Position numbers and translations under genes: made by a program
In this document: piece by piece, positions 60,407 through 64,000 of the stretch
Layout: the number at the start of each line of letters is the position of its first letter
Position numbering within the stretch: position 1 is the first letter of the stretch
Assembly (NCBI GenBank): GCA_000004985.1
Contig: GG738865.1
From: Naegleria gruberi
Taxonomy: Eukaryota
Reading direction: 5' to 3' (one strand)
DNA: 64,000 bases
Notes under the pieces: model-generated
Databases searched by the model: none
The model's input: the letters and a program-made list of their open reading frames with translations, nothing else
Told to the model about the DNA's origin: nothing

Positions 60407-61524
60407 TTACATGACATTACACTTTTTAGGTTGCTTTTGGACTCTCTTTTTACATTCGTCAATGAATGCTACATCGTATTCCACACAACCTTGCAACAGA
60501 GCTACATTGTCAACTCCGCCAAGTCTCTGTTTTCTAATAAGTTCTTCGAAAATAAGAGTGACATTCTCTCCAAGTTTAGCACTGCTCATCACTATTGAAT
60601 AGTTCAACAATGAATATTCTGAAATAATTGAATTGAATTCAGATTTATACTTCTCAACAGTTTCTGCTCTATTTTCTTTCAATAAATCCATCTTGTTCAT
60701 TACAAACACAATTGGCATGTCATTAACTACATAATCTTTACAACGAATCAACAGGTCAACTTGATAACGAACATCTCTCAAAGAACTTTCATCATTCACT
60801 GCACAAACAATTACAAAACTTTGACCAACTCTCAGGTATTGATCTCTCATTGCAGAGAACTCCTCTGGACCAGCTATTTTCAAAACATTATTCAAATATT
60901 CTATTAAAAACTCAAAAACATACCAGTATCTAGAATATCCAATAATACAGGCTCTCCATCAACCTCAACATGTTTTCTATAAGAATCCTCAATTGTTGGA
61001 TCGTACTCTGATATAAAGACATTTTGAACGTAGTGAATTGTCAATGCAGATTTTCCTAAAATAGCTTAGTTTTAAATTCAAATAATGAAATACTAACCCA
61101 CTCCTCCTTGCCCAAGCACAACCACTTTAACTTCTTCTGATCCCTTACTCGGATCATATTTTGGTCTTTTCCACACTTTAAACTTGATGAAACTTGCCAA
61201 TAGAATTTTCCTCTTCATATCCCCTTTTTTAATCATTTGTGATTTGAGTTGTTCCAACTCCTTTTCAAATGCAGGCATTACAAAATTCTTTTCCAATACT
61301 GTCCACCAAAATGTATTGAAATAGTTCTGCATTTCATTCATACTCGAAATTCTCTTGCTGATTGATTGAAAAATTGCTGCCATTCTAATGTCAGATTTTC
61401 TACTCGCAGGATTATTCAATTCTTTATCAACTCCGAATGATAAAATATGTTGGAAAATTTCATAGGGAAGTGATGAGAATAGCGTTTGATGGTGGTGAGG
61501 CATTTTTTTTCTTTCTTTTTGCAT
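60407..61524 (-). CDS. Ras-subfamily small GTPase with a C-terminal CAAX box (CNVM) and a roughly 125-aa N-terminal extension carrying an F-box-like motif, in 3 exons.
   Basis: Model complement(join(60407..60873, 60924..61055, 61098..61524)), introns 50 and 42 nt (GTATGT..TAG and GTTAGT..TAG, both phase 1), about 341 aa. The N-terminus has [12 protein letters not shown]. The core reads [12 protein letters not shown]|[43 protein letters not shown]|[20 protein letters not shown]...VFVMNKMDL...SSAK. It is Ras-like throughout, but switch II reads DTAGPE, not DTAGQE. Confidence 0.8.
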
Positions 61525-61696
61525 GTTCTTGATTTGATGTTTGTTGTTGATTGGTAAATTTGTGTTCGGGAGGAACGATGAACTTTGTTCCTGCTTTGTA
61601 ATACTTTATGAAAACATTATTTTGATCTTATTTGCTTAATTATATCATTGGAAAAGAGTTAAGGATAATAAGGATGTTGTGGTGTGTTGTAAAGTT

Positions 61697-62758
61697 ATGT
61701 TCAAATTCTGTGGATTGCTTGATATTTTGGCGCGTAATTTTTCAAGCCTAAAAAAAATGGAACGCATTGATTTGAATCAAACTTCTTGTGCGGAGGCACA
61801 AAGTAGAAATGATGTGCAACAACAAAATAATCATCAACAGACTGCAGCAATGGATAATAATGAGAATACAACAACAATAGAAGAATCCTTTAAAATAATT
61901 TCTAGTTCCAACACTAATGTTATCATTGATAAGGATTTATTGGTTAGGCTTCATCACTTTTATACTAGTCTGGAATCAAGTACTCACATTCAACAGGAGG
62001 ATTTTAACATTCTTTTATTCGGAACAAGAAAACACACATATCAAAATCAAAATATTTATATTGAATCTTTTAAAATTATTTATGATGAAAATATATTAAT
62101 TGATTACATTTCCAAGCACAAGGATGGAAATTTACAATTGTTGGGATTTTCTATGAATTTTGACAATTTTGATTATGATTTACAGGGAAAGATAAAGAAA
62201 CAGTTTCAAAAATTCCACTATATGGTATTAAAGCACTGTATTTTACAAAGATATTCCGGAGGTAAACATAAGAATATTTTGGAAAAGTATATTGGATTGA
62301 ATATCAAGTCGTTTGTACAGAATCAAGTTTATGGAGGAGATAGTGAAGTTTTTGTTCAATTATTAGCATATTATACCAAAGTATTCTCACCATATTTGAA
62401 AAATGAATATATTGATACAATATGTGCAAATGCCTTGTTGGATCAATCAGAAAACTTTGAATGTAAAATAACATATAGACAAGATATTAATTTAACTGTA
62501 ATTGCTGGTCAATCATCACAATTTGGAAATCATTTTCCATCCATTTCAGAATCTAATAATTCTTCTGGAGTAGATGAGTGTATGAATCATGTATTTATAG
62601 AAAATAATAACATTCCTTACCTGGAAGGTTGGATTAATGATCAATTGACCAATGAAAACTCCTCTGAAATATTAAAACTCTTGAAGGAATATGAGGAATT
62701 GGAAAAATTTAACAGCTCTCTAAGGGAAGAGCTTTATTTGGTTGAACAAGAGGAATAA
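61697..62758 (+). CDS. Hypothetical protein. The start is uncertain: in-frame ATGs lie at 61697 and 61757, and the track start 61679 is GTG.
   Basis: About 340-codon ORF with N/Q-rich segments and a C-terminal coiled-coil-like acidic tail (LKLLKEYEELEKFNSSLREELYLVEQEE). I recognise no confident domain. Confidence 0.4.
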   Translation: MFKFCGLLDILARNFSSLKKMERIDLNQTSCAEAQSRNDVQQQNNHQQTAAMDNNENTTTIEESFKIISSSNTNVIIDKDLLVRLHHFYTSLESSTHIQQEDFNILLFGTRKHTYQNQNIYIESFKIIYDENILIDYISKHKDGNLQLLGFSMNFDNFDYDLQGKIKKQFQKFHYMVLKHCILQRYSGGKHKNILEKYIGLNIKSFVQNQVYGGDSEVFVQLLAYYTKVFSPYLKNEYIDTICANALLDQSENFECKITYRQDINLTVIAGQSSQFGNHFPSISESNNSSGVDECMNHVFIENNNIPYLEGWINDQLTNENSSEILKLLKEYEELEKFNSSLREELYLVEQEE

Positions 62759-62844
62759 ACAGTGTTAATTCTTAATCTTTCATGATTGTCTGTCTCAGTA
62801 ATGAGTAAAAACATTTTGAGTCAATATTTTGTTTATTTACAATT

Positions 62845-63873
62845 TTAAACTTGTTCGTAATTTCCCTTCTTCTTTCCAAATTCTTGAGGTTCATCTTCTT
62901 CATCAAAGAATTGATTTTCATCAAAAGTATCCTCAATTTCACCAGTGAAACCAGATTCACGAACCATTGGAGCATTGTTGTTGTATCCAAGATCTTGTGA
63001 AGGTGTGACATAAACTGTGTTTGGAACAGTTTGAGCAGCAAATGAAGGTTGAATAGGTTGTTGAATTGGTTGAGTTGGTTGTTGAATAACAGCTTGTTGA
63101 CCTGATTGATTATTTTGTTGAGCTGCTTGATTAGCCTTTTCAGCTTGCTTATTGAATCTGAAAGTCAAAGCCTTCCAAATAGCAAAGTGAGCCAATAAAA
63201 AGACAGTCCAACCTCCTAAAACAATCAAAAACCATGGGAAATCGTGAACAGTGTAACAGTAAGTGACAAAAACAATAAAGTTAATAACACTGTAGAACAA
63301 GGCGTGGATATAAAAGTGATTGAAGAATTGTCTAACCTTGACAACCATACCATGAAGACAGTAGGCAAGTAATAAAACAGCAACTGGATAAACACTCCAA
63401 GGGAAGCTTGATGGTGTATGTTCATTCATGGCAATGAGTTGGAAACTTGTTGATGCGAAGAAGAGGGTGTGGAAGGAGAAGAGTCTATCGGAATAAGTAG
63501 GTGATCCTTGAATCATCAAACCACCAATAACTAACGATGAAACCCACAAAATATGTATAAACCAAGGATATCCAGTTGGTGTTGTTAAAATCCATATGCA
63601 AAAACAAATAATAGAAAGGAAAGCCATTATAAGTGAAAGTCTAACAAAAAGCTTTGGATGTTTGTGTCCTTGTAAAACATCATACTTTTGAATAACACTA
63701 TCTTCGAGTGCTGTTATTCTCTTTGAAGCTCTATCCACAATTAATCTCTTCTTATCTTCTTTAACTTCAGGAACTCCATTCAGTGAGGCCATTATTGGTG
63801 GCTGCTGTTGTGGAGGTACTTGTTGGGCCATCATTGGTGGAGGATTTGAAAAAGTTTGTTCTGATTGCATCAT
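62845..63873 (-). CDS. Hypothetical multi-pass membrane protein (about 6 predicted TM helices) with Q/P-rich termini.
   Basis: ATG at 63873 (MMQSEQTF...). The protein has a run of hydrophobic helices (LSLIMAFLSIICFCIWILT, FIHILWVSSLVIGGLMI, SVYPVAVLLLAYCLHGMV, ALFYSVINFIVFVTYCY, FLIVLGGWTVFLLAHFAIW) and an acidic C-terminus (EIEDTFDENQFFDEEDEPQEF). Confidence 0.5.
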   Translation of the reverse strand: MMQSEQTFSNPPPMMAQQVPPQQQPPIMASLNGVPEVKEDKKRLIVDRASKRITALEDSVIQKYDVLQGHKHPKLFVRLSLIMAFLSIICFCIWILTTPTGYPWFIHILWVSSLVIGGLMIQGSPTYSDRLFSFHTLFFASTSFQLIAMNEHTPSSFPWSVYPVAVLLLAYCLHGMVVKVRQFFNHFYIHALFYSVINFIVFVTYCYTVHDFPWFLIVLGGWTVFLLAHFAIWKALTFRFNKQAEKANQAAQQNNQSGQQAVIQQPTQPIQQPIQPSFAAQTVPNTVYVTPSQDLGYNNNAPMVRESGFTGEIEDTFDENQFFDEEDEPQEFGKKKGNYEQV

Positions 63874-64000
63874 TTTGAATTGATTATTTTCTCTCCGTTA
63901 TTATAATTTAAATTGTATTGAACAATTTTTGATGAAGGAGATTCTCTAATATTGATCGCCAACGAGTGTCGTCGTTTGTTGTTTGTACTCGTAGTGGGAG

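Overview
This window is eukaryotic nuclear DNA, not prokaryotic. It is AT-rich and gene-dense, about one gene per 1.8-2 kb on both strands, with short 5' and 3' flanks. Introns are very short, mostly 38-50 nt with a few of 72-155 nt, and all begin GTAAGT, GTATGT or GTTAGT and end AG. Many proteins carry poly-N, poly-Q or S/T/N-rich low-complexity tracts. Domain content (formins with FH1-FH2-DAD, IQGAP-related RasGAP, RGS-SAM, TBL1, Vps8, class IV sirtuin) and the low-complexity style best fit a dictyostelid-like social amoeba (Amoebozoa), but the organism assignment is an inference. The provided ORF track allows TTG/GTG/CTG starts and fragments multi-exon genes, so several gene models were rebuilt by hand across GT..AG introns. 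Phase was verified by exon-length arithmetic against the track coordinates; splice coordinates may be off by a base or two. I call 35 features (32 protein-coding genes, one flagged as a possible pseudogene; two repeats; one bidirectional promoter). Notable genes are two formins, an IQGAP-like RasGAP, a Vps8 HOPS/CORVET-type subunit, a TBC RabGAP, the SUMO E1 small subunit Aos1/SAE1, TECR, ERMP1, a UbcH5-like E2, an aldo-keto reductase, a SIRT6/7-like sirtuin, a TBL1-like protein, a Zn2Cys6 protein, a GPI-anchored trypsin-like protease and two F-box-like/small-GTPase fusions. I found no tRNA, rRNA, CRISPR array or transposon. The most interesting observations are apparent frameshifts inside two genes, the paired F-box-like/GTPase fusion genes (one Ras-like with Gln61 replaced by Pro), a fungal-type Zn2Cys6 domain on a poly-N/Q protein, a pseudokinase fused to a myosin-I TH1 tail domain, and a mucin-stalked GPI-anchored S1 protease.
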